Below are positions 37,666 through 50,858 of a stretch of DNA of 64,000 nucleotides, in pieces. A program made the translations under genes and the position numbers. Numbering within the stretch: the stretch's first letter is position 1; every line of letters begins with the position of its first letter. The stretch lies in contig NC_067401.1 of NCBI RefSeq assembly GCF_016432865.1, forward strand, positions 416,640,001-416,704,000. The letters are read 5' to 3'. Origin of the DNA: Antechinus flavipes (taxonomy: Eukaryota). Below the pieces are notes generated by a model. The model was not told the origin of the DNA. It did no database searches and worked only from the letters and a program-made list of their open reading frames with translations.

Positions 37666-37899
37666 TCCACTAAAGAAAAACAATGCTCTAATTTGTGTTG
37701 GATTGTTATTTGGAAGGAACAGAGAATGCCAAAGTTATGCAAGACTGGAATAAAAAGCTGTAGTATAAGGCTGGAAAATGAGTAAGCAGCCAAGCAATGG
37801 TTCTGGTCCTGGGCAATTCCCATCTGGTGACATTACCCAGTGTATTAACTTTTATCCAGCCCAAGATCAAAAGGAAAAATGAGAACAGAGATAAATTTT

Positions 37900-38100
37900 A
37901 ATTATCTATCATCTATCTGTTTACCTGCATATGTACTATATATGTATAAATGTTTATATACATATATGCACATCCATGTATAAATACATGTGTATCTATA
38001 TAGCTATATATCCTGGTGAGGAAACATATATACATATATTTATAATATCTGTATAATCTGTGTATGTGTATACATATTTGCATATATGCACATTTTATAC
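37900..38100. repeat. Degenerate (TA/TATG)n low-complexity tract
   Basis: atatatgtataaatgtttatatacatatatgcacatcc... Confidence 0.8.
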
Positions 38101-38159
38101 TTTAGTGATCCCAAAGTCAAGGATGAAAGAAATTGTGTTTCCTGTGTTTTCTTGGGATT

Positions 38160-39065
38160 CTCTACTCCTTGATATTGAACTTATGCCTTATTTCTGATAT
38201 GGCTGTGATATCTAGCAAAAATAGGGAACTCAACTATATAGTATCAAAGGCCATTATTTAATAGATAAAGGTAAAGAATATGAAATGTTCTTTTTAAAAA
38301 CACCAAATTACAAGGATATGAAAGACCACACCAAATGTACTGATAAAATGTAAATCAAAGCAATCCTAGGGTTACTCCCTCAACTGTATTTGTCAAACAT
38401 GACAAAACATGGTAATAGTGTTGGAGAAGTTGGGAAAAGACAGGCACACTATATATACTGTTATTTAACTATGAATTGATCTGACCATTTTGGAAAGTAC
38501 TTTGAATCATTTTTAAAAAGACCCTAATTTTTATATTTTTTGACTCAGAGATCTCCTTGCTAAGCATATGACCCCAAGGATGTAAAATACAAAAAAAAAA
38601 AAAGTTCCTATAGAAACCAAGATATTTATAGCAACATTTTTGGGAGTAGAAAATAATTGGAAACAAAGTAGATTTCCATCTTTTGAAAACGGTTAAATAT
38701 TATGATACATAAATGCAATGAGATTTTATTCTGCTATAAAAATGATGAATATGAAGAATTTAGAGAAGCATTGGAAGACTTAAATGAATTGAAACAGAAT
38801 GAAATGAGCAGAAACAGACTATTTAACAACATGATTCCAAATGGAAAAAAAACAAAACTGAATGCTGTTCATTGGTCAGTGACCAAGCTTGACACCAGAG
38901 AATAGATTAGTAAATGACCTCCCCTCCACTTTTTTTGCAGAGTTGGTGGATTATGGCATGAGACATTGTATATACAACAACACTAGATTGATTTGGCTAT
39001 GTTGGAGTCCCCCCCCCCCATTTCTTTCTGTTCTTTATTACAAGGGATATTCATTGGGTTAATTA
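38160..39065 (+). mobile_element. Old L1 3' ORF2 and 3' UTR
   Basis: gtgttggagaagttgggaaaagacaggcacact; atttatagcaacatttttgggagtagaaaataattggaaaca; gaatgaaatgagcagaaacag. Confidence 0.85.
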
Positions 39066-39143
39066 AGGGATGTATACACATGTATGTATGTAAATGTGCA
39101 TAAGTACATACACAGATGTTTACATGTGCATATATACATAGTC

Positions 39144-39174
<31 letters not shown>

Positions 39175-39175
<1 letters not shown>

Positions 39176-39960
39176 CCATTTAACCAGTTCTCTGCAGAAC
39201 TACCAAAATGACTTTTCTAAACCAAGTCAGACCATATCGCACCTTGCTCAATATACTTCAATGACTCTCTACTATTTCTGTAATTAAATGCAGACTATTC
39301 TATTTGGCATTTAAATCAATAATCTGGCTCCATTCTACCTTCCCAACTTTATTACACATTTACTTGCTTCCACATAACTGTTTCTCAGCCAAGTTGGTCT
39401 TTTTGTTCTTCTAGTCTTTTTTTTTTTTTTTTAATTCTTGGTTTCGCTTAAAACTCAACCTTGGTGCCACTAGTTTATTCAGAAGTTAATGCTTTCCCAT
39501 GTTAAGCGCTGGGGATACAAATGGAAAAGAAAGAGAATCCTTGTTCTCAAGAAGTTAATATTTGAATGGCGAGAACATCATAAATGGAAGGCTCCTGCTG
39601 TAAGTAAACTGGAAAAATCTCATGTCTTTTAGGATTCAATAGCAAACCAGATAATAATGAATTTTCTTAATGTTATTTTCACTAATAAAATCATATCTAT
39701 GTTTGATATTGAGCCTCATGACAATATGGTAGCCATACTAAACAAAATTATATACTCTTCAGAATGAGCTTGCCCTTTTATCCCTAATCTTTGTTCAGAG
39801 TATTTGATTTGTGTGACAGAACAATTTTATTCCCTTGTTCTTTCAATCTCTTCCTCCTGAAGATCCAGACAGTTTTATTTTTGACTTTGTATCTTCATTG
39901 CCTAGAATAGTGCCCTGAACATAATAGCACCTAAATAAATGTTTCTCAAGGTGAATTGAA
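39175..39960 (+). mobile_element. L2 remnants (several pieces)
   Basis: ctattctatttggcatttaaatcaataatctggctcc; 3' end gactttgtatcttcattgcctagaatagtgccctgaacataatagcacctaaataaatg. Confidence 0.6.
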
Positions 39961-39964
39961 TTTC

Positions 39965-41480
39965 ACCTCTCCCTAGATCATACCACCTTGCAAATGGTCC
40001 CCAGAATTAACTCTGAAAACAGCTGCACAAAAAACTTGACTTTTGGGACAGCGTCTCCTGCATTCCAGAGGCAGAGCCCCACACTGTCAAGAGACTGGGA
40101 AAATGAACAAACAGAAGAAAAAAAATCCTGATTATAAAAAGTTACTACTATAGAAAGTGACAGAGAAGATCAAAATATGAACTCAAAACAAAGTCAAAAT
40201 TGCTATATCAAAAGCCTCAAAAAATGAACTAGTTTCAATCATAGAAGAGTTCAAAAAGGATTTTAGAAATCAAGTAATAGGGAGGAAAACTTGGGAAGAG
40301 AAATTAATGTAAGAAAATTTTGAAAAAAGAGTCAACAGTTTAATAAAGAAGGCACACACATCCACACACAAATACTGAAGAAAACACAGTACCTTAAAAA
40401 ACAGAATAGGCCAAAGGCAAAAAAAAAAAAAAGATACAAACATTCAATAAAGAGAAGAATAGCTTGAAAAGCAGAATTGGCCAAATGGAAAAAGATATCC
40501 AAAAATTCACTAAAGAGGAAGACTCCTTAAAAAGTGGAATTGGACAAAAACAAACACAAAAATTCATTAAAGAAAAGAAATCCTTAAAAAGTAGGATTGA
40601 ACAAATGGAAAAATACGTTCAAAAGTTCACTGAAGAAAACAATTCCTTAAAAATCAGAATGGGACAAGTAGAAGTGAATTCCTTTATGGGACATCAAGAT
40701 AAAAATCAAATACAATCAAAAGAATAAAAAATGGAAGAAAATGTAAGATATTTCATTAGAAAAACAACTGACCTGGAAAATAGATCCAGAAGAGAACTTT
40801 AGAATTATTGGATTACCTAAAAGTCATGATTGAAAAAGAAGCCTAGATATACTTTTTCAAGAAATTATCAAGGAAAACTGCCCTGAGCATAGTTTTTACC
40901 AGAGTGCAAAACTGAAACTGAAAGACCCTATGATTACTTCCCCAGAGAGAGTTGAAAATGAAAGTTCCCAGAAATTTTACTGCCAAGTTCCAGAGCTTCC
41001 ATGTCAAAGACAAAATATTGCAAGCAGTCAAAAAGAATTCAAATATTGTAGAACCACAGTCAAGATAACACAATTTTAGCAGTTCCTACCTTCTACCAAT
41101 CAAAGAACTTGAAACAGGATATTCTAGGGGACAAAAGAACTACGTTTACAGGCAAGAATGAAATAGAGAATTTTCAAGCATTTCTATTGAAAAGAATCAA
41201 AAAGTATTGTCTACTTCAAGAGAAAGATCTGAATGCAGATTGAAGATGCTTTTACTTTTATTTTTCTTGTTTTGTTTTTTGTTTTTTATTTTATTTTTAT
41301 TGTTTGTATTTTCTTTCATAGCATGATTTACATGGACATGCATTTTGAATGTAAACTTATGTCAAATTGCTTGCCTTCCAAATTGGATGAGGGAGATAAC
41401 TTGGAACTCTAAATTTGAAGGAAAAAAAGCATGTTAAAATTATTTTTACATGTAATCGGGAAAAAATACCCAAAAATTAA
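39965..41480 (+). mobile_element. L1 derivative: partial 5' UTR, decayed ORF1, then 3' UTR, with no ORF2 (HAL1-like)
   Basis: ORF1 ATG at 40103 (MNKQKKKN); coiled-coil tandem repeats SLKSRIGQMEKxxQKFTEE (ORF 40464-40727); ORF1 C-terminal part to ~41190, directly joined to L1 3' sequence. Confidence 0.8.
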
Positions 41481-41489
41481 AAAAAATTA

Positions 41490-42145
41490 TGTATTTTTTA
41501 ATACACATTGCTTTATGAATCATGTTGGGAGAGGAACATCAAAACAAAAGAGAAAAACCATGGGAGAGAAAAAATAAGAAAAAAGAACCAAATCTTTCAT
41601 TGTTGATCATCCCATATTTTTGCTGTTATTGTATACAATACATTCCTGATTCTGCTTGTTCTGCTCGGTGTCGATTCATATAAATCTTTCCACGTCTTCC
41701 TAAAATCAACTTATTTATCATTTTTTATAGAACAATAGTATTCCATTACCTTGATATATTACAACTTGTTCAACCATTCCCTAACTGATGAGCATCTACT
41801 AATTTCCCAATCCTTTGTTATCACAAAAAGAGTTGCTACAAATATTTTTGCACATGTGCATTTTTTCCCTCCTTTAAGATTTCTTAGGAATACAGACCTA
41901 ATAATGGCACTGCTGGATCAAAGGCTATGTACAGTTTGATTGCCTTTGGGTGTAGTTCCAGCTTTCTCTCCAGGATAGTTAGATCATTTCACAACTCTAC
42001 TAACGAAGCATTAGTGTCCCAGTTTCCCCACATCCCTTCCAACCTTTATCATTATCTTTTCCTGTCATCTCCACCACTCTGAGACATGTGAGGTGGTACC
42101 TCAGAGTTATTTTAATTTTCATTTCTCAGTAGTGATTTAGAGCAC
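41490..42145 (-). mobile_element. L1 3' end (ORF2 C-terminus and 3' UTR), tail-to-tail with the previous element
   Basis: aatacacattgctttatgaatcatgttgggagag; gtgaggtggtacctcagagttattttaatt (antisense IKTTLRYH-like). Confidence 0.9.
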
Positions 42146-42324
42146 AAAATATTTTTTAAAAGATGAATCAATCCACTTCAACATTTGGTTTTTGAGGGAT
42201 TGGAAATAGGGTGATTCATCCTTTAAAACCCATGTGTCATGTATTTCTGATGAGAAGGAAGCCAAAAGATTTACCTTAATCTCACTTGAAGTTAAAGTCC
42301 AGTATCTCATAGATTAATAATTCT

Positions 42325-42468
42325 CTTTTTTCCCTGAGACACTTGGGGTTAATTGACTTGCCTAGGGTCACACAGCTAGGAAGTATTAAGTATCTGAGAT
42401 CAAATTTGAACTCAGTTCCTCCTGACTTCAGGACTGGTGCTGTATCCATTGCACCACCTAGCTGCCCC
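42325..42468 (-). mobile_element. WSINE1-like SINE with degenerate 15-bp TSD
   Basis: Full head gcaccacctagctgcccc; TSD tagattaataattct (42310-42324) vs tagaggaataattct (42469-42483), 13/15. Confidence 0.92.
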
Positions 42469-42824
42469 TAGAGGAATAATTCTTAACAATCCCAACTCCC
42501 AAGATTGAAAAAAACAAAACTCAACAGGTATTAACAATAATCTCAAAAGAATGAAGCTTCACAAACTACTAAAATTATATTATCAAACTCAGAAACTGGA
42601 ACTTATTCATTCATTCACTATACATTTACTGAGCAGTTATTATATACAAAGTGTTTACTTAGGGGGAATTAGAAAAGGATTAAGAAAGAATTAAGTGGAA
42701 CTGCTAAAACATATACATGTGGCTTTAACAACAAGGGACAATATGAAAGTGAGGGCTTTTAGTTAGGAGAAGGACAATATCATTTTCTGCTGATATGTAG
42801 ATACTACCCTTGCATTTCTTCCAT

Positions 42825-43060
42825 GGACAATTAGGCTGGATAGCATCTCGAGAGCTCCCAAATACTGTTCATGAGACTTGGAGTCAGGAAGATTTGAATT
42901 CAAATCCTGCCTTATACACTTACTACCTGTCTGACCTTGGACAAATCACTTTATCTCTTGATGTCTCAATTTCCTCATCTATAAAATGGTGATCACACAG
43001 TTATTGGGGGGATCAAGTGAGCTAATAGAATGTAAAGTATTCTGCAAACTTTAAAGTATT
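42825..43060 (+). mobile_element. MIR SINE
   Basis: ttggagtcaggaagatttgaattcaaatcc...tttcctcatctataaaatgg...aagtattctgcaaactttaaag. Confidence 0.8.
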
Positions 43061-43351
43061 CTTTATATGCTAGATTTTGATATTATTATTATTAATAAAC
43101 AAGCCTTCTGTCTGACAATGATTCCTTTCATTTTTCATTTGTTTTTAAAAATAATGATGTGGTCCTGCTTATTCAATAGCTTCTTTCAAATTAGATTAGG
43201 CCTGAAAAGTTGCATCAAAATTCAACTTATTTTCCACATCAGGAAATGAATTCTTTTTTATTCCTTGGATTTAACAACAGTCCTTCCCCCTCTTTTCCTT
43301 CCTTCTTTTTTTTTAAACTGAATATTGTTTTGATTTTTAATTTTTTAAAAA

Positions 43352-43492
43352 ATTTTTGCCGAGACAATTGGGGTTAAGTGACTTGCCTAGTGTCACACAG
43401 CTAAGAAGTGTTAAGTGTCTGAGACCAAATCTGAACTCAGGTCCTCCTGATTTCAGGGCTGGTTCTCTATCCACTACACCACCTAGCTGCCC
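43352..43492 (-). mobile_element. WSINE1-like SINE, full length
   Basis: gagacaattggggttaagtgacttgcc...accacctagctgccc. Confidence 0.93.
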
Positions 43493-43631
43493 TGTTTTTT
43501 TTTTTTTTTTTTTAAGGAGAACTAAACATGCTATACTCTTACCAGGGATCAAAATGATCCTGTTTCCTTCTTTGCCCTTATTTTGAAGTGTCTAAAATAT
43601 TATGCTTTTATTCTCAAATATTTACATTACG

Positions 43632-43945
43632 ATTCATTTCAGGAATGAAGCATCTCTCTCTTTCTCTCTCTCTCTCTCTCTTTCCCCTTTTCTCCCTCTC
43701 TCCCTCCCCTTCTTTTTCACTGTTTCAGTTTCTTTATCTCACTGTGTCTGTCTCTCTCTGTTTCTATATGTCTCTCTATCTCCCTCTCTATCTCTGTCTC
43801 TTTGTTTCTGTTTCTATATTTCACTGTATATCTTTCTGTCTCTTTTTCTGTTTGTCTTTCAGTGTCTCTGGTCATCTCTCTCTGTCCCTGTGTCTCTCTG
43901 TCTCTGTATCTCTCTATTTCTCCTTCTCCTTCCTTCCTCTCCCCA
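43632..43945. repeat. (CT/TCTG)n polypyrimidine tract
   Basis: About 310 bp dominated by tc/tctg units. Confidence 0.9.
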
Positions 43946-44359
43946 AAGACTTATTGTGCTACTATGGTAGCCAATAAACATCTTCTAAACAAAGCCAGAA
44001 GTCTTGCTTAAATCAAATATGTGTTTATACTCCATATCCTTTCATCAATCCTGAGCTCTGCAAAAGTGGTCAGAAAACTTTACTCTGTGCCTCTCATTAG
44101 AGAAAATAAAGAGAACTCAAATCTTTGTCTGTGACTCCTCTAATTCCCTAAGTCTTCTTTTATTCTTTAAGAAGCCAACCGGTTATGATTCCTGCCTTGC
44201 TTGAAAGTCAGATATACTTGTCACTTATGTAAGGTTATTATAGAACAGAAGCCAAAGGGGGTAAACCCAATCAACTACACATCGTGTACCTGAGTCTGAA
44301 TTGTACCTTAAACATTCATTAGAAGAAACAAGGTTGAAAGTGGGGACCTAAAATCAGGG

Positions 44360-45045
44360 GAGGGCTGAGTTCAAATCTGGTCTCAGATACTGTTTTAGGT
44401 CATTTAAAACATTTATTCACCATCTGCCTTAGTTTCCTCATCTTTAAATGAGGATAATATCCACTTACCTCTTAGGGTTGTTGTGGAGATAAAATGAGAT
44501 ATTTGTCAAGTGCTTTGCAAAACTCTAAAGCTCTATGTAAATGCTGACTGCTGTTATTACACATCCCTTCCAGCTCTAAATTTATGATTCTAAGATTGCC
44601 TTGCACATGTGAAGAATTGGGCTCGACAATTGGGCAAGAAATTCTGGGGAATACACAGATAAAAAGACATACTCCCTTCTCCTCAAGCAACTCAGAGTGA
44701 CACTTATCTAGAGCTGGCTCTAAATATCTTGTTTTATAGATAAGGAAATAAGATTGTGGTGCAGGCGATCAATATTAGAGATGGGATTTGAACCCATTTT
44801 TATTTTTACTCCTAAGTCAGCTCTTTTTCTCACTGTTCCACTATAAGGCTAACAAAGTGCTTTCTTTGACAATCCTATGAAGTAAATAATAGAAGCATAA
44901 TTTCCCTTGTTTTTCCCGATAGTGAAACTGAAGCTTAATAGAAGTTAAATAACTTGCCATGGATAGCATTTTTAGTAAATGGTAGAACTCGGACTTGAAA
45001 ACAGCCTACCTCACGCCCTAGTCCAAGGCTCTTTCCACTCTGATG
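44360..45045. mobile_element. Cluster of MIR/MIR3 remnants (sense ~44360-44545; antisense ~44680-44840 and ~44860-45045)
   Basis: cttagtttcctcatctttaaatgagg; gatgggatttgaaccc; agtgaaactgaagctt...aagtta. Confidence 0.65.
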
Positions 45046-45542
45046 CTTTAAAGTCTAGATGGTGAGAGAAGGTATACTAACATGACACCAAATTGTTGGC
45101 AATGAGGAGAGTAGTGAAAGTGATGAAAAAAGAAAGGAAAGAAAAGAGTATGAATCACTAAAGAGAACTGATGTAAATTTAGAAGGGACACAGGACAAAT
45201 AGAACAGTACTGATACTATTGTGTTAATTATATATACTTTATATACATATGTGTGTGTGTATATATATATATACTTTAAAAAGCTTAAACTAGAATAAAG
45301 ACCTAGTTTCAAATAAAAACCTCTTTTTAAATTTTTTCTTTGTAAATAGAAAGGTTTGTGTTCTCTTAGTTCATAATTAAAAAAAATAAATCAAGGATAA
45401 ATGTAGATGTGGAGGAAGGAATCTCTAAGCACAGAGAACAGTCTGAATAAAAGTGAGATTTTATTAGTTCAGTTGACTTTAAAGGGTGTTGGAGTTGGGC
45501 ACTAAAGGGGGTGAGTGTTTTTCTATCTAGGTCCTTACTTCA

Positions 45543-45781
45543 GGGCAGCTAGGTGGCACTGTAGTGAATAGAGTGCCAGTCCTAAGTTCAAATCTGGCCT
45601 TAGATCCTTCCTGGCTGTGTGACCCTGGTCAAATCATTTCACCCTGTTTGCCTCAGTTTCCTCACCAGCAAAATGAACTGGAGAAGGAAATGGCAAACCA
45701 CTCCAATATCTTTGTTCAGAAAACCCCAAAAGGGGGACATGAAAATCAGGACAAGGCTGAAAACTAAAATGACTAAACAAC
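45543..45781 (+). mobile_element. Mar1-like CORE-SINE
   Basis: gggcagctaggtggc...aaaatgaactggagaaggaaatggcaaaccactcc...gactaaacaac. Confidence 0.92.
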
Positions 45782-48700
45782 TTACCTACTTACTGCAAAT
45801 GATCACTCAGGATTTTTAATTATTCATGCCTCTAGTCTTCTCTACCATTAGTGAATGTAATCATGTGTTGACTAAAATGGTTTTAATAATGAGAGTTTTA
45901 TTTCTCCCTTGGCTCAGAGTTCAGTGATCCTCACTACTTTAATTTTACTTTTTTCCCAGAGGCATTTTTATAATCAGTCAAACTTATGACTTGGATTGCT
46001 TCTGAATCCTCATTAACTTTATTTTTTTTTTAAATCTCAAATGGTCAAAACATTTCTTATTCTGTGGCAGTCAAAGAATGACAAGATCATTAAAAACAGA
46101 ATGGAAAATTAAGATATAGAGTTAATAATCTTTTAGGACCACAAGCAAGAAGGAAGAAAAGCATCAAGAAACTCAATTAATTTTAATAAGATTTTAAAGT
46201 TACAAAGCACTTTCCTTACAACAACTTTCCTTTATCCTCTCCCACTTAATAGACAAGTAAACTGAGACTTAAATTAATTTGTGTAATGTCAATAAGTGAC
46301 TGAGGGGGATTTTAATACATTGTCTTTCATATCACAGGAGAAGGTCTAAAGAGAATAAATTACTTTTCCCAAGATCTTGCTGAGTTAAAATGGCTAGACA
46401 GGTCCTCGATCAGTTACGTACAAAATCTCCATCTCCTAAATGGAAAACATAACCAATCCTCTGCCCTTTTCCTGCCCTACCTCTTTACATCTTTCTCCTT
46501 ACCCCCCCCCCCAAGAAATCCATCTCCCAACCAAAGGAATTCTGATAGTAAAGCAATTTATATTGTTTTTTTTTCTTCCTTTTAATTAAGTTTAAACAAA
46601 CTGGGAGGTAAAAAAAAATGATAATTTTTGAAGCATTTTAAGCACTTTCAAAGGGTTTGTTGCACTTAAAAAAAAAGGAATTCAGAGTCAAACTTAATGA
46701 TCCTAATGAACAAGAAGCCTCAAGTGTATAATCTGAAGCAACAGTAAATCTTCTTTACCTCATGTTAAAAGCTGTATCCAGATCCCAAAAATTTTATAAT
46801 AATAGAAAGGCCTGGAATGCTAGGACATTAAAACAAATGTTTGGTTCTTAGGCTCAATGCTTTCATTTTGTAGTTTCTCAATGGAGTAAAGTAAAATCTA
46901 TGAAATGAAAGAATAACAAAACATCTTAATAGGAAGTGAATTTAAAGGATGTCTTACCTGACTCTCCCCTCCTGATTTTATGAGGATCTAGAGAAGTTAG
47001 GGGCTGTACTTCTTCTCCCTGGTTTTCTGCCCTCTTCAGCAGCTCTTTTCTTCAAACTTAACCTTTAAAGAACTAGTTTCTCCAGAAGCATTTTCCATCC
47101 TGCCCAAAAGTGGTGCTCTCCCCCTTCCCCTAATTCTCATTTCTTGCTCTAATATAGGGTCAAATACACACACATATATATATATGCAAGACTTGTTTTT
47201 GCAAAACAGGCACAATGGTATTTATGTAACATTGAGTATTTGTTGCTAGGTCCAGAATGGCTAGAATATTATACCCATTTCCTGTTCCATATCCAGGCAT
47301 TTGGTTTGATTTTAATTTGGGGGGAATTTGGCTTTTATTGGGAGGGATTGGACTCAATCACCCTATTTACCTTGGGAGATACTTGGGAGAGGAATTTTCT
47401 AATAGCTTAAAATGGGGATTACAAAGATACTCCATGCACCATACAGATCGAATATAGGATAAGTAATTTATTCCCATAAAAGAAATTCTGAACATTAAAA
47501 AAATCCCAGTGCACATTAACAGAATGACAAAATATGATTCAAAAACTTAAAATTATAATGCTTACAATTTGCTGGGAGGATGATTCCCCACCCCCACCCC
47601 CCTAAAGCAGTTTGCAGGACTGCTAAATAGGCATTTAATATTTCCACTTTGGCTCTGCACTGTCCAAATAACTTTCAGTATGTTTGCTGAAAAGATGGCT
47701 AGGTTTGGTTGTGTTCTCTTCCTGAAGGCCATTCTCTCAATGAATTATGGAATAATTCCCAGGTACTGCTTTGCCGCTGCCATTCAATTCCAACTCAGTG
47801 AGACCCAAGGCCTCTGGAGTTCTCCAATTTACAAGGTCTTCTCCAAGCCAGGAATATCTATCTTGATAGATATTTATTTGCCAAAGATCAGGAAAGAACA
47901 AACACAACAGAAAAAAAAACACACATTTAAGTTCAGATTTACCTCAACAGTGCTTTAGATACCATGTGCTCACAGCCACATAGTAACCAGGGTGGGATTA
48001 ATAAACTATTCCTTTTCCATTCCCTCTCAGGAAGTCGCTCAGAAAAAGTTATGACATTATTTGAATTAACAAAAGAAGAAAAAAGCCGAGGAGATAATTG
48101 CTCCCTCTTCTTCTTCAGAGGCAGTCAGGGAATCTGTCATTTTGAGATGCAAATGTTCATTAGCCCTAGGACCATTAGTAGATCCCCAAAGTAATGGTGA
48201 TTGATCTGAATCACGAGCTACATTTAACATCTGCTAATAGCACCTTCAAGCAAGAGAAAAATCATGTGGAATAGATGGAATCATGAGCAAGGTAGTCAGA
48301 GAAACACTATTTTTTTTAAACATAGAGTATTTATGTTTTCATTTACAACTATACTGCATGCCAGTATTTTAGATCTGTTTTCTTCATCTTGCCTCTGCCA
48401 ACTACCCCTTTAACTAGGGGATTAAGAAGAGAGGTTTCCAAGTAAATAACAATCCTCTCTTGCTTGAGTAAAATGTAATTCAAATTCCCACTAAATGTAA
48501 TTCAAAAGGAAACTACATTTGATGTTCTGTCAAGTCTGTAAAGGCAGGGTTTTAAGTGAAATATTGAGTGAAAATAGAATTTTTATAAACCTTTTTAAAA
48601 TGTAGTAAGGATTTCTTCTATTTAAGAATATTTGTACAGTATAAATCCAAGTAATTTATCCTTTAAACCACTGATGCAAAATAGCATGAGTCTCTAGGTC

Positions 48701-49079
48701 CAGGATTTGAGCCAGAAAAAATGAGGATGGAGGATGAGAATCAAGAACAGCTGAAAGTTTTATTGCTACAATGTCATAGATCTTTTATTTCATTGATGTG
48801 CTCGCTTTCTCCATTTGTCACCAGGCCTATACTTTAAATCCATCCACTTTGCTAGAAGCTCTAGAACTCACTGTCTATCGGCATAGTCTTTGAGAGCCCC
48901 AGGTGACACCTCCATGCCATGATGAAAAGCTGGAATCAAATCTTCTTCAGAAAGAAAAAGTTTATGAAATCAGTGACAAAGAAACTTTTTCTCCCTCACT
49001 ACTACAATCAGGAACACAAAAGACAAACTTAGGTGAACTCTTAAATATTATTCTAGGCTTCCCAATGCCTATCTTTTGT

Positions 49080-49130
<51 letters not shown>
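49080..49130. repeat. (ATC)n microsatellite, 17 units
   Basis: Perfect run. Confidence 0.98.
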
Positions 49131-49224
49131 TAGAACCGGTTGCACCAGTGGATGTAGAGAGTAGTTGTTAAAGGTTCATCGTTAACATGGCAGAAAGTCT
49201 CTAGGGAACACCTCCAGAAATGAG

Positions 49225-49430
49225 GGTTGGATGTATTGTTTTACATGTTTATAATTGACTTTTGGATAAAGGGATTGATAGCACACTCAACAGAAATGCA
49301 AATGACTAATTTAGGAGGGATAGCCAGCACACTGATGTCAAAAATCAAGAAAGATCACAAAAGGCTGGAGTCTCAGGTTGAATCTAAAGATGCAATTCAA
49401 TATAGATGGAAAAGTCCATCTCTATGTAAA
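49225..49430 (+). mobile_element. L3/CR1 reverse-transcriptase remnant
   Basis: ORF 49227-49439 LFYMFIIDF...NLGGIASTL resembles the CR1 motif LFNIFINDL...FADDTKLGGIANTL. Confidence 0.8.
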
Positions 49431-49444
49431 ATCACATAGCTACT

Positions 49445-50330
49445 GAAATCATTTTTCTAAAGTGTCTGGCCATGTCACTGTCCTGTTCCCTTTACTATAA
49501 ACTCTAGTGGTTCTCTATTGGCTCCAGGATCTTATATCAAGCCCTCTGTTGGGTCTTTAAAATTCTTCACAATCCAATTCTGCTTGTCTTTTCAGTCTTT
49601 GCACAATTACACTTTCTCTTTACACTCTACAGTCAATTAACATCCTATTTTCCCATTTTTGCTTACTATATACCACTATGTGGTAACAGCTCTTTCTCAT
49701 GCTTGGAGTGCTCTCCACCTGTTGTTTTTTGCCCCCAGACTCAGCTCCAATATTATGATCTGCAAGAGGACTTCTTGGTATCCCAGCCACTTGAGCCTTC
49801 CTTTCTAAGGTAACCTGCTTTCTACACTGCAACTGTAATCTAAACATTCTCTCCCATTATTATGTATCTTCCCAAATGTTCACATGGCTTTTTGTGTCTG
49901 AACTGTGGTATAGCATTCTGAGCTTATACATGGTCTGTAACATTGTAACTTGATTTTATAGCAGTACCATTTTGATCTTTGATAATGGACAACCAATCAA
50001 CCCAACCAAATTCCTTGAAGGCAGAGGCTTTGGGGGGATTTTGTCTTCCTCTGTACTTCCAGGACTTAGGAATTCAGAAGTACCTGGTCCCCAGTGGAGT
50101 GGGGTGCCAGTCATGGGCACAGTGCCTTTCAATGAAGTCTGAGGTCACGTTAAACCTTCTTGGTTTATTCCATTATTGATTGAATTAGGTATAAAGTCCA
50201 ATAAGATATAGTTTCTCAAGTAAGTAGAATGTAAGTTCCCTGGGCACATTTTCATTTTTATCTCCATATCCTCAAAACACTTAGTGCAGTGACTTGCACT
50301 TAACAGTTACTTAGTAATCATTTGTTGGAT
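49445..50330 (+). mobile_element. L2 remnants (two 3' ends) lying between the L3 pieces
   Basis: ttccttgaaggcagaggc...gcacagtgcc; agtagaatgtaagttcc...cttagtaatcatttgttggatga. Confidence 0.7.
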
Positions 50331-50334
50331 GAAA

Positions 50335-50858
50335 AGAGGGCCAGATAATCTCATTGTATTTTGCCACGGTCAGATCACATCGGTGCATTACTTTTAGGAA
50401 TGGGATGGAATGGAGAGGGAGGATATCACATTTTAGGAACTATATTCAAACTGGACAATGGCTGCTAGCATGGTTAAGGGATTGGATCAGTTGAAAGAAC
50501 TGGGGATGTTTTGGGTTAGAGAAAAACTTAGTGAATGATAATTTCAAGTGTCTGGAGAGCTGTCATGTAAAAGATGGATTAAATTCCTTCTGCTTGGCTC
50601 TTCAGGGCAGAACTAAGAGCAATGGGTAGAAGCCACAGAGAAGCAGATGTAGGCTGGAGGCAAGGAAAAATATCCTAATGATTAGAGCTGTCCAGAAAAA
50701 GGGAATGAGTTACCTTAAAGAGTTCACTTTCACTGGAGGTCTCCAAGTCTCAAGCCAAGGGTGGAAAAACCATTTGTCTGGAATGTTGTAGAGAAGATTT
50801 TTGGTCAGACACAGATCAGATGAGGAGGTCCCTGAGGTCCCTTCCATTTCAAGAGTCT
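50335..50858 (+). mobile_element. L3/CR1 3' end
   Basis: ttgaaagaactggggatgttt (LKELGMF); cagggcagaactaagagcaatggg; ends gtccctgaggtcccttcca. Confidence 0.85.

Noticed and set aside
37159-37823. 208-aa and other ORFs spanning the third N gap
   Set aside because: Gap artefacts; the non-N parts show no recognisable protein.
43588-44011. 129, 122 and 69 aa ORFs
   Set aside because: Translations of the CT/TCTG tract.
48798-48807. gtgctcgctt matches the first 10 nt of U6 snRNA
   Set aside because: Similarity ends at once; too short to call a U6 pseudogene.
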